From positions 20,175-84,174 of the forward strand of contig JBDRCX010000003.1 in the NCBI GenBank assembly GCA_043821365.1: DNA of 64,000 nt, in the 5' to 3' direction. The notes beneath the pieces were generated by a model. It was not told the DNA's origin. It ran no database searches and saw only the letters and a program-made list of their open reading frames with translations. Each line of letters begins with the position of its first letter. Positions within the stretch are counted from its first letter, which is position 1. Below are positions 36,726-44,792 of this stretch, piece by piece. The translations under genes and the position numbers were made by a program. The stretch is from Candidatus Micrarchaeota archaeon. Its GTDB lineage: Archaea > Micrarchaeota > Micrarchaeia > Anstonellales > Bilamarchaeaceae.

Positions 36726-37610
36726 AATAGTTCAGTGGTGAAATATCTCTCTCCATTATCTGGAAGTAGGGAAATCACTATTCCTTTTATTTTTTTCGCA
36801 GTTTGAATTGCAGCCCACATTGATGCCCCACTACTAATGCCAACCAATATACCTTCTTTTTTTGCTAAATTTCTTGCAGTTTCAAAAGCATCATTGTCAC
36901 TAACATAGATTATTTCATCTACTTCTTTTCTATTGAATATTTTTGGAACAATTGATGTTTGCATATTTTTTAACCCCTGAATCTTATGGTTTGGGTATGG
37001 TTCTGCTGCAATAATTTTAATTTCTGGATTTTTTTCTCTTAGTAATTTTCCAACTCCCATAACTGTTCCTCCAGTTCCAATACCAGAAACAAATGCCCTT
37101 ATTTCACCGTCAGTCTGTTCCCATATTTCATTTGCTGTTTGTGCATAATGTGCCAATGGGTTGTTTTCATTGGAATATTGATCTGGCATAAAATATTTTT
37201 CTGGATTTTTTTCTAATTTTTTATTTGCAAGATTTATGGCCCCATCAATCCCAAGTTCTGCTGGTGTTAATGTTATCTTTGCACCAAATGCAGTCATTGC
37301 TTTTCTTCGTTCCAAACTTGCATTTTCTGGCATAACTATTTCAATTTGGTACCCTCTCACTGCACCAATCATGGCAAGAGCTATACCAGTATTTCCAGAT
37401 GATGCTTCAATTACAATTCGATTTTTTATCAAATCCAATTTTTCTGCAGCTTCAATCATTTTCTGAACAGGACGATCTTTTATGCTGCCACCAGGATTTC
37501 TACCTTCTAATTTTGCGTATAATTCGTTTTCACTTAATCTATTTATTCTAACTAACGGAGTCCATCCTATTGTCTCCAGTATGTTAGCAGGCCAACCACC
37601 TATTTTTCAT
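36719..37610 (-). CDS. cysK: cysteine synthase / O-acetylserine sulfhydrylase family, with an apparent frameshift at the start
   Basis: GGSIKDRP, SSGNTGIALA and GIGTGGT motifs. The conserved N-terminus (NILETIGWTPLVRINRL...GGSIKDRPVQ) lies upstream of the first in-frame ATG (37459). The only upstream ATG (37610) is one base out of frame across an A5 run. Confidence 0.75.
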
Positions 37611-37696
37611 TTTTACACCTCATAAAAATTCTGATTTTTATTAAGTAAAAATGTACGACATTTTTACACCTCATAAATTTTTATTAAATAAAAATG
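37608..37696 (-). promoter_or_regulatory. tandemly duplicated cysK leader (A/T box + GAGGTG + ATG) with a palindromic switch
   Basis: Exact 19-bp repeat CATTTTTACACCTCATAAA at 37608-37626 and 37659-37677. Perfect palindrome GTAAAAATG-N5-CATTTTTAC at 37645-37667. The upstream copy opens a 6-codon ORF (MSYIFT*). Confidence 0.5.
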
Positions 37697-37850
37697 AAAT
37701 TTTGAAGTTTATAAACTAATGTAACAATTTTGTTTTGGTTAGATGAAACTTGCTTCGCAAGTTTGAGGATTCGGGAGGGGTATTATGCTTTGTGATGTTA
37801 ATAAAATAAAAGGGATGTGTGAAACCGTAGGTTTCACAAACAAACAAAAA

Positions 37851-37976
37851 CGGGCCCAGAGGGATTTGAACCCTCGACCTGCGGATTCCACCTTTTACCA
37901 AAAAGTGGAGCCAAAAGTGGCTCTCCATTTGATAAAATTAAAAGTCCGACGCTCTACCAAGCTGAGCTCTGGGCCC
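37851..37976 (-). tRNA. tRNA-Lys (anticodon UUU) with a ~52-nt intron 3' of the anticodon
   Basis: Minus strand reads GGGCCCA-GA-GCTC-AGCTTGGTA-GAGC-G-TCGGA-CTTTTAA[intron]TCCGC-AGGTC-GAGGG-TTCAAAT-CCCTC-TGGGCCC-G. The intron carries two hairpins (GAGCC/GGCTC and CCACTTTTT-GGT-AAAAGGTGG). Confidence 0.85.
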
Positions 37977-38099
37977 TGATTTGTATGGTAAATTATTTAC
38001 ATTCGTTTTAAAAACACCACTTGTGTCAACGCTTTTAAAAGCATTGACGCCTATTTACATAACTTCGGGTTTGATTTGAACTGTAGTAGTCTAAATCAT

Positions 38100-38358
38100 C
38101 TCGATTCGCCGGGTTGGCAGATCGGTTATGCATCCGCCTGCAACCGCTTTTATGAGGTTTTGTCTTTAGACAGAATCAATGATAAGCTGAAAGCGGAATA
38201 GAGGGGTTCAATGTACCTTTTTAGGAAAACGTTCTTGAACGAAACATCGTTCAAGATGCGTATGGAACGTCTTGACGTTCCATGACGAGGTACACCCAAA
38301 AACTGGGTTGCTATGTCGAATAAGAAGGTAGCGAACAATTCCTCTACCCGGCTCTCTC
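38100..38358 (-). ncRNA. ~250-nt highly structured RNA, possibly a reduced RNase P RNA (identity uncertain)
   Basis: G+C-rich island with no plausible ORF. Terminal helix GCCGGGT (38346-38352) / ACCCGGC (38108-38114). Three-way junction TGTACCT/AGGTACA (38212-38218/38288-38294) holds perfect hairpins 38233-38256 and 38262-38283. GAGGAAUUGU near the 5' end can pair with ACAAAACCUC near the 3' end (P4-like). It sits next to tRNA-Lys, and an Rpr2 protein is encoded in the window. Confidence 0.45.
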
Positions 38359-38365
38359 TTTTTAG

Positions 38366-39421
38366 TTAGTTTGTGTTTTGTATCGAGGTAAAAGCCTTTC
38401 TATGCTTTTTGGTAGTTAACCAAAACTCTTTTTTATGTAAGAACTTTCCTAAATACACTAATCCTAACATTACTGGAACTTCCCAAAACAATCCCATTGT
38501 TGTTCCTAGGGCAGCTTGTGAACTTAAACCAAAAAGAGTTATGGATGTAGCAATAGCGATTTCGAAATGGCTGGAAGAACCTATTATTACAGAAATTATT
38601 GCTTCTTTATATTTAAGTTTAAACAGTTTTGTCATGAAAATATTTATGGCAACAATGATCACAAAACCAAGCAATAATGGAACAGATACAAGTAGCATTT
38701 TTCCTGGATTTTTGAGTAGAACATCCCCATTTAAAGTAAATAAAACTATTAGTGTAAAAAGTAGTGCAAGAATTGAGATTTTACCAACAATTGGTTTGTA
38801 TGTTGTTTCAAACCAATCTAATCCTTTTTTAGCAACAAGTACTTTTTTCGAGATATGCCCCATAATCAACGGTAATCCTATGAAAACAAGTACTGAAAGT
38901 AATAATGCAGTTACATCTAGGGGTATCCCCTGTATTCCTGTAAGGAGTACAACAACAGGAGCATACAAAAACATAATTGTTAATGTGTTAATGCTTGTAG
39001 TTATCACATTTTGCTCTTGGTTTCCTTTTGCTAAACTTCCCCACACAATTACCATGGCAGTACAGGGACTTGAACCCAACAGTATCAAAGCAATAATTAA
39101 CTGATCGTAACCTTTCAAAAAAATATTTGCTAGAATAACCGTAATAATTGGAGCAATAATCCAATTAGATAAAAGTGTTAATAATATTGGTTTGGGTGCT
39201 TTTATTAGTTTTTTTACTTCTTTAATTTGAAAGTTCAAAAGAGCTGGGTACATCATTAGAAATAAACAAATTCCAATTGGAATAGAAACATTTCCAATTT
39301 GCCAACTATTTAACAAAACGCTTAATCCTGGGATATATTGAGAAAAAAGGATACCAATCAACATACAGGTAAAAACCCATACATACAAGTATTTTTCAAA
39401 ATTATTTAATACCTTTTTCAT
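38366..39421 (-). CDS. acr3: ACR3-family arsenite efflux permease
   Basis: 10-TM BART-superfamily topology with LLGSSPCTAMVIVWG (ACR3 Cys motif). Confidence 0.8.
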   Translation of the reverse strand: MKKVLNNFEKYLYVWVFTCMLIGILFSQYIPGLSVLLNSWQIGNVSIPIGICLFLMMYPALLNFQIKEVKKLIKAPKPILLTLLSNWIIAPIITVILANIFLKGYDQLIIALILLGSSPCTAMVIVWGSLAKGNQEQNVITTSINTLTIMFLYAPVVVLLTGIQGIPLDVTALLLSVLVFIGLPLIMGHISKKVLVAKKGLDWFETTYKPIVGKISILALLFTLIVLFTLNGDVLLKNPGKMLLVSVPLLLGFVIIVAINIFMTKLFKLKYKEAIISVIIGSSSHFEIAIATSITLFGLSSQAALGTTMGLFWEVPVMLGLVYLGKFLHKKEFWLTTKKHRKAFTSIQNTN

Positions 39422-39519
39422 ACTTTAACCTTTCTATCTAATTCCTTATGAATATCCTAAGATCCAAAGAATGCATCAAATATTGAAATGTGTATTCTGC
39501 TTTTTTCTGTATTGTTTAA

Positions 39520-39730
39520 TCTGGGCATGGATGTCCTTCCGACCTATCCAAAGCAATTCTCCAAGAATATACTTATAATGGGGGTGGTGAGAAAATTATT
39601 CTGTGGTATGTTGATCGTTAACTGTCCTTTATAAAAGCTATCCGCTGAAATGTTGAAAAAGCCTCCAAATCACCTGGCGTCAAAGTAAACAAACACACTA
39701 TTTTCTCTATGGCGTCTACCCGGCTAATAT
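39520..39730 (-). other. G+C-enriched non-coding island upstream of acr3 (candidate leader or small RNA)
   Basis: No ORF. GGAUAGGUCGGAAGGACAUCC (39529-39549, minus) has a GGAA tetraloop context. GAGAAAAU/AUUUUCUC long-range pair (39700-39707 with 39589-39596). Shares the 10-mer CTACCCGGCT (39716-39725) with the 5' end of the 38.1-38.36 kb RNA. Confidence 0.3.
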
Positions 39731-39764
39731 TTATTTATTCCATTCTTATTCTCTTTGTGATATT

Positions 39765-40538
39765 ATGAAATTACTTGCGTCTATCCTAATTATCTTTTTA
39801 ATGTTTAATCTTATTTTTGCTTCTTCTCAAGGACAAAATTATGGGCAAAACCAACAACTTAATAACTCAAATCAACAGTCCGGCACCAATCCGAGTGCTC
39901 AGGTAGAAAACCAAACAATGGCTCAAGTTCAAAACCAGTCTAATATTCAAAATCAAGCTTCCAACCAAACCAAGAACCAACAACAGTTTGCAAATCAATC
40001 TCAAGGTATTTCTGCACAGGTTCAACAGATAGTTGAACAAAGAAAAAATGGTTCAATTGTAATGCCCCAAGGTATTTTAGTTAGAATTGAAGCACAAAAT
40101 CATGTGATGAATGTTGGCAATGAGACCTCACTTCAAATAACTGAAAAACTCCAACTAAACTTGACTGTCAATGGTAAAAATAAGTCATTCATAGTTGAAC
40201 CAGGACTTAATCAGGTAAATATGACTGATGGAAATGTATCAATTACAACAAATGAAACTTTGGACATTTTAAATGGTTCATTATCAGTTAACGGCAAAAA
40301 TGTTGGTCTAATGCCTTCTGATATTCCAGCATTAGTTCACTCTAAAGAACTAAAATCAGTGTATCTAAAAAGCGAACCAGGCGGAGTTGTCTATCATATT
40401 AATGCAACTAAAAAGGCTAAAGTTTTGTTCTTTTTTGATGCAGATATGGATGTGGAAATTCAACTTGATGCAACTAATGGTGAGTTGTTAAAAGAGAACA
40501 AACCATGGTGGGCATTTCTAGCCAGCACCCAAGATTAA
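39765..40538 (+). CDS. secreted protein with a Gln/Asn-rich low-complexity N-terminal region
   Basis: Signal peptide, then ~80 aa of Q/N-rich sequence (QGQNYGQNQQLNNSNQQ...), then a globular C-terminal part with N-glycosylation sequons. Confidence 0.55.
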   Translation: MKLLASILIIFLMFNLIFASSQGQNYGQNQQLNNSNQQSGTNPSAQVENQTMAQVQNQSNIQNQASNQTKNQQQFANQSQGISAQVQQIVEQRKNGSIVMPQGILVRIEAQNHVMNVGNETSLQITEKLQLNLTVNGKNKSFIVEPGLNQVNMTDGNVSITTNETLDILNGSLSVNGKNVGLMPSDIPALVHSKELKSVYLKSEPGGVVYHINATKKAKVLFFFDADMDVEIQLDATNGELLKENKPWWAFLASTQD

Positions 40539-40578
40539 AACCATATTCTTTATTTATGTATCTATCTAAACTTCTATT

Positions 40579-40845
40579 ATGGCCGGTATTCGAAGATTGA
40601 TATTAGATGTGGTTATCCCATCAACAATGCCCTCAAGTGAATTGGCAGTTAAATTAGCCAAACTTGGTGGCGTGGATGGAGTTGATATAATAACTCAGGA
40701 AGTTGAACATAGAGTTGATAAGATTAAAGTAACAATAGAAGGAGACGACATTAATTTTGAGTCAGTAAAAGTCGTACTTGATAAATTGGGTGCTTCACTT
40801 CAAGGTGTTGACCGCATCAGCTGCGGCAAGAGGTTAGTAAATTAA
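40579..40845 (+). CDS. DUF211-family small protein
   Basis: 88 aa; IRRLILDVVIPS...VDGVDIITQEVEHRVDKIKVTIEGDDINFESV resembles the archaeal DUF211 pattern. 1-nt overlap with the next gene. Confidence 0.5.
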   Translation: MAGIRRLILDVVIPSTMPSSELAVKLAKLGGVDGVDIITQEVEHRVDKIKVTIEGDDINFESVKVVLDKLGASLQGVDRISCGKRLVN

Positions 40846-41438
40846 TGCTTGGATTTTTTAAGAAACACCATGAAAAATTTCATTATTACGATAGGATAAC
40901 TGGCATGACTAAAATCATGCGCCGTTATTTTGTAATGAATTCGTTTGATGGGGCTTTAACTATTTTTGGACTTTTAATTGGATCTTTTACAGCAAATGTT
41001 ACTGATCCAACATTAGTCATAAGCATAGGTATAGGTACTGCAATTGCAATTGGATGTTCTGGACTTACTGGTGCTTTTGTAGCAGAAACTGCAGAACGGG
41101 CTAGCGAATTAAAAAAACTAGAGCGGGCATTACAAAGAAAATTAGATAATACAGACTACAAATCTGCACATGATTTCGCAAGTTTGATCACTGCTATTGT
41201 GAATGGTCTGATACCTGTTCTATCTGCGTTAGTTCTACTTTTTCCTTTCTTTTTTATGTCAATTCCAGAAGCCTATTACGTTTCATTTGGTAGTGCTTTG
41301 GTTATATTTTTTGGGTTGGGGGTTTTCCTTGGTAAATTCTCTTCAAAAGATCTTTTCATATCTGGTATGAAATTACTATTATCTGGTATTGGATGTATGG
41401 CTTTGATATTGTTCATTGAAGGCTTAAAAGGCGGTTAA
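40845..41438 (+). CDS. VIT1/CCC1-like integral membrane protein
   Basis: Soluble helical insert between TM blocks, Gly-rich TM helices (IGIGTAIAIGCSGLTGAFVAE). Family call tentative. Confidence 0.4.
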   Translation: MLGFFKKHHEKFHYYDRITGMTKIMRRYFVMNSFDGALTIFGLLIGSFTANVTDPTLVISIGIGTAIAIGCSGLTGAFVAETAERASELKKLERALQRKLDNTDYKSAHDFASLITAIVNGLIPVLSALVLLFPFFFMSIPEAYYVSFGSALVIFFGLGVFLGKFSSKDLFISGMKLLLSGIGCMALILFIEGLKGG

Positions 41439-41456
41439 TTATATTTACCAAATAAA

Positions 41457-41699
41457 CTAACTACTACACCTATAATCAATGCAACCTAGTCCTTCTCTAC
41501 AATCCTCTTCATAAATACAATATTCTCCTTCTGCAGATTTGATTGATTCAGCTGTCATAAAATTTATTCTATCAGTTTGATTTTGAATATTTTTGCTTGT
41601 TTCTTTAGCTGATCCCATTAGTTGGTTTGCTGCAATTGCAACAACTGCCAGAACAACAACAATCAAAATCAACATTTCAGCTGATAACTGTCCTTTCAT
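41457..41699 (-). CDS. archaeal type IV pilin-like protein with class III signal peptide
   Basis: MKGQLSAEMLILIVVVLAVVAIA (KGQ/LSxE prepilin peptidase site plus hydrophobic helix). Cys-rich C-terminus. Confidence 0.7.
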   Translation of the reverse strand: MKGQLSAEMLILIVVVLAVVAIAANQLMGSAKETSKNIQNQTDRINFMTAESIKSAEGEYCIYEEDCREGLGCIDYRCSS

Positions 41700-41702
41700 A
41701 CC

Positions 41703-41795
41703 TATCCCCTTCGAATAGAATAAACAAGCTGGCGAGAGGTGTGGGGACAGTTATGTCCGATCTGTTCCCGCCAAGCCTGCCCATTCCATCCCCTA
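41703..41795 (-). promoter_or_regulatory. G+C-rich structured leader immediately upstream of the pilin start codon
   Basis: Nested helices 41725-41734/41769-41779 and 41743-41750/41762-41769. An unpaired CACCUCU lies between them. AGGGGAU boxes sit at both ends, one directly before the ATG. Confidence 0.35.
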
Positions 41796-41957
41796 ATAAG
41801 AGCATAAAATTTGATTATTTATATTTTTTGTAATTTTTTATATGTTAATCCACACCAAATCAATCTATTTATTGTTATTTCCCACTTAACTATCTTCATT
41901 TTCCATCAGTTTAAGCATTTCCTTCACAATTAAATAATTTCTTTACTTGAAATAAAC

Positions 41958-42371
41958 ATGAAATCAAAAACAGTGTATCTAACTTTTAAAACTGATAAAA
42001 AAATAGATATAATCAGAATAACTGACAAAATCAACCAGGCAATAACTGAGAGTGAAGTAAAAGAAGGACTTGTTTTGATAAATCCAATGCACATAACTGC
42101 AGCAGTGATAGTAAATGATAATGAATCTGGATTACATAGCGATTATTTGAAAGTTTTAGAAAGATTAGTTCCCTACAAAGAAGATTATCGCCATAATGAT
42201 ACTGGTGAAGATAATGCTGCTGCTCATATATGGCGCCAGTTAATCGGTCACCAGGTGGTGATGCCAATAACAAACGGAAGATTAGATCTTGGAACTTGGG
42301 AACAAATTTTTTATTTTGAATTTGATGGCCAAAGAAGCAAGAGAGTATTGGTAAAAGTTATGGGTGATTAG
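41958..42371 (+). CDS. YjbQ/UPF0047-family protein
   Basis: [19 protein letters not shown]...DNAAAHI...[18 protein letters not shown] family signature. Confidence 0.75.
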   Translation: MKSKTVYLTFKTDKKIDIIRITDKINQAITESEVKEGLVLINPMHITAAVIVNDNESGLHSDYLKVLERLVPYKEDYRHNDTGEDNAAAHIWRQLIGHQVVMPITNGRLDLGTWEQIFYFEFDGQRSKRVLVKVMGD

Positions 42372-43135
42372 TAGGGTTCTTCGAGTGGTTCTGCTTTTGT
42401 TAAATTTGCCTTCCATCCATTTTTCTTCAACCATCTTCTCTTTTCCTTGTGATCTGGTATTATCTTTTCTACAAGTCCCCAGAATCGTGGGCCGTGACTC
42501 AAATATTTAGTGTGTGCAAGTTCGTGTACTATCACATACTCTAAAATATCTGATGGCATTAGGAGTAAACGAAAATTAAGTGTAATTCCTCCATGAGTAG
42601 AACAACTTCCCCATCTACTAACAGAATCTTTTATTTTCACGCTGGATATTTTTGATTGAAAATATTTCTGATTTAGTGTGTTTATTTTATCCATAAGTTC
42701 TGGCATTACTACTTCTGATATTTTTTTCATTACTAATTTTGATGTGGTATTTTTGTCTGTATTATCACCTGCATAGACTTCTACTTTCCTTCCAGTTATT
42801 CTCACTCTGGATCTTCTGGATTCTATAAAGCACATTTGAAACTCATTACCCAAAACAATAATTGTTTCTCCATCTTCGAACTCCAACCGTTTTCCAATAT
42901 CAACATTCCATCTTCCATTTTCTATTGATCTTATCGCTCTTTTTCTAAGATTCGATTTTATCTTTTCTCGTTCGTGAACAGGCCATCTTGACGGGAGACT
43001 TATTATTATGGTATTATCCCTAAGTCGTGCTGTAGCATTTTTATTATTGCAAACTACTTCTTGCACTGTAAAAATCTTCCCATTAATTTCTATTGCTTCC
43101 ACAAAATTTCTAATAAAAGAAACTATTTTAATCAT
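42368..43135 (-). CDS. YgjP/DUF45-type zinc metallopeptidase-like protein
   Basis: [16 protein letters not shown] (HExxH...H) near the C-terminus; size and layout of the DUF45 family. Confidence 0.7.
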   Translation of the reverse strand: MIKIVSFIRNFVEAIEINGKIFTVQEVVCNNKNATARLRDNTIIISLPSRWPVHEREKIKSNLRKRAIRSIENGRWNVDIGKRLEFEDGETIIVLGNEFQMCFIESRRSRVRITGRKVEVYAGDNTDKNTTSKLVMKKISEVVMPELMDKINTLNQKYFQSKISSVKIKDSVSRWGSCSTHGGITLNFRLLLMPSDILEYVIVHELAHTKYLSHGPRFWGLVEKIIPDHKEKRRWLKKNGWKANLTKAEPLEEPY

Positions 43136-43171
43136 AAGGTACTTATCAGTCTATCCCATGCAGAGGTTTAT

Positions 43172-44335
43172 ATGTGTCCATTCCATGCTATAAGAAAAAA
43201 TGAAGGGCTTAGGCGCCTTTTATTTATAAATTTTCTATACAGTTTCATGGTGGCAGCTTTGACTGTTCTGGTTCCTCTTTATCTTATAGAAAATAATGTT
43301 GATCTTGCACATATTGGTCTGCTACTTGCCATAGCACCACTTACTTTCATGATTGTTCGCATTAATTTTGCTAGTTTTGCTGATGAACTAGGTACAAAAA
43401 TAATAGATATAATATATTCCTTATCAAGTTTCTTCTCAATTCTCCTCTATCTTGTTGCATCAAATACTCTTTTACTTGCACTTGCAATTTTCGGAGAGAG
43501 TATACGAAATTCTGCTTTCTGGGCAGTAGTAAGAACTGAGATAATTTATGATACTGGGAATCCTCAGGGTGCACTTGCATTCTTCTCAGGTGTACGTCAA
43601 TTTGCTGATGCACTTGGAAGAGTTTCAATTGGGTTTATACTTGCTTTTTTTGCTTTTCAAAATTCATTTCTATTACTTTCATTAATCTCTCTAGTAATGC
43701 TTTATCTTGCACTGAAATCTACTAACGACAATCACAGACCATTACAATCAGTGAACTATCGCCAGGATGTTTTAAGCAAAATAACAAAAAAACATCCAAA
43801 AACATTCTGGCAGGCATCTTTACTTCTTGGTCTAGTTGTGCTGCCAACAAATATGCTTCTAGGCTATTTAATTCCTGTTTATACCCGTTCTAATCTTGGT
43901 TTTGATTATGGGCAAATTGGTACACTTGTTGCACTTTTTTCATTTGTGTCAGCTGCAGTTTCAATTCTTTCGATTAGGTGGAAAATAAACATAAACTGGT
44001 TACTTCTTGTAATACTATTTACTGCTCCATTGTTGGTGTTTTTCCAATTCTTCGGGACTCTTGTTGTTATCCCGGTAATACTTGCGGCAATAGGGGCTGG
44101 ATGTGGCAACCTAGTCTATGAACACATACTTCTTGATCAGATCTACAGAAGTAAATCAGTTTCTACTGATATTGGAGTTATTAATGTACCATTAAAACTT
44201 ATGGAAATAATCTTCCTATCTATGAGTGGTTTTGTTATTGCAGCATTTGGTTATACCCCATTATTTGTTATTTTGTCTATGAGTGCATTGCTATTTGTTG
44301 TATTTTGTAGAAGTTTCCTTAAACTCCACCACTAA
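43172..44335 (+). CDS. MFS-type transporter
   Basis: About 12 TM helices in two halves. The ATG at 43172 is preceded by AGAGGT. The track ORF start at 43061 overlaps the upstream gene. Confidence 0.6.
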   Translation: MCPFHAIRKNEGLRRLLFINFLYSFMVAALTVLVPLYLIENNVDLAHIGLLLAIAPLTFMIVRINFASFADELGTKIIDIIYSLSSFFSILLYLVASNTLLLALAIFGESIRNSAFWAVVRTEIIYDTGNPQGALAFFSGVRQFADALGRVSIGFILAFFAFQNSFLLLSLISLVMLYLALKSTNDNHRPLQSVNYRQDVLSKITKKHPKTFWQASLLLGLVVLPTNMLLGYLIPVYTRSNLGFDYGQIGTLVALFSFVSAAVSILSIRWKININWLLLVILFTAPLLVFFQFFGTLVVIPVILAAIGAGCGNLVYEHILLDQIYRSKSVSTDIGVINVPLKLMEIIFLSMSGFVIAAFGYTPLFVILSMSALLFVVFCRSFLKLHH

Positions 44336-44375
44336 TTTATGAAAAATATTTAAAGATAGCTATCTAATACAAATT

Positions 44376-44756
44376 GTGAAAATTCCACAATCAGCAATAA
44401 CCATAGGTATTTTGCTTGTAGTTCTAGTTGTAAGTTACATGCTACTTAGCTCTGCACCCAAAGGACATTATCCGAATTTTGCAAGCTGTCTAACAGAAAA
44501 AGGTGTAAAATTCTATGGTGCTTTTTGGTGTACTCACTGTGAGGAGCAAAAGACACTCTTTGGTGATAGTTGGAGTCTTATTAATTATACAGAATGTTCT
44601 ACTCCTGATGGAAGCGGTCAAACTCAAGTATGCAAAGATGCAGGTATTAAGTCATACCCAACATGGGAATTCTCTGATGGAAGCAGACGTGTTGGGGCAT
44701 TACCTCTGGAAGAACTAAGTAATAAAACTGGCTGTGCTATTGATCCACAAGAATAA
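44376..44756 (+). CDS. membrane-anchored thioredoxin-like protein (resembles VKOR-associated Trx domains)
   Basis: N-terminal TM helix plus FYGAFWCTHCEEQKTLFG (CxxC) and a second Cys pair. GTG start. Confidence 0.6.
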   Translation: MKIPQSAITIGILLVVLVVSYMLLSSAPKGHYPNFASCLTEKGVKFYGAFWCTHCEEQKTLFGDSWSLINYTECSTPDGSGQTQVCKDAGIKSYPTWEFSDGSRRVGALPLEELSNKTGCAIDPQE

Positions 44757-44792
44757 AGTCTTATTCTTAAAAGCTGTAAGTGTAATGGGATT

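Noticed and set aside
37716-37979. ORFs 37716..37928 (-) and 37785..37979 (+) over the tRNA-Lys locus
   Set aside because: They are explained by the intron-containing tRNA-Lys and its flanking hairpins. There is no coding signal.
38344-38353. Shared 10-mer CTACCCGGCT (also at 39716-39725) as evidence of a repeat family
   Set aside because: A single 10-bp match can arise by chance in 64 kb. It is reported only as a minor supporting note.
41703-41795. 5S rRNA or tRNA in the G+C-rich island upstream of the pilin gene
   Set aside because: Both ends are G-rich on one strand (C-rich on the other) and cannot form helix I or an acceptor stem. There is no T-loop or loop-C consensus.
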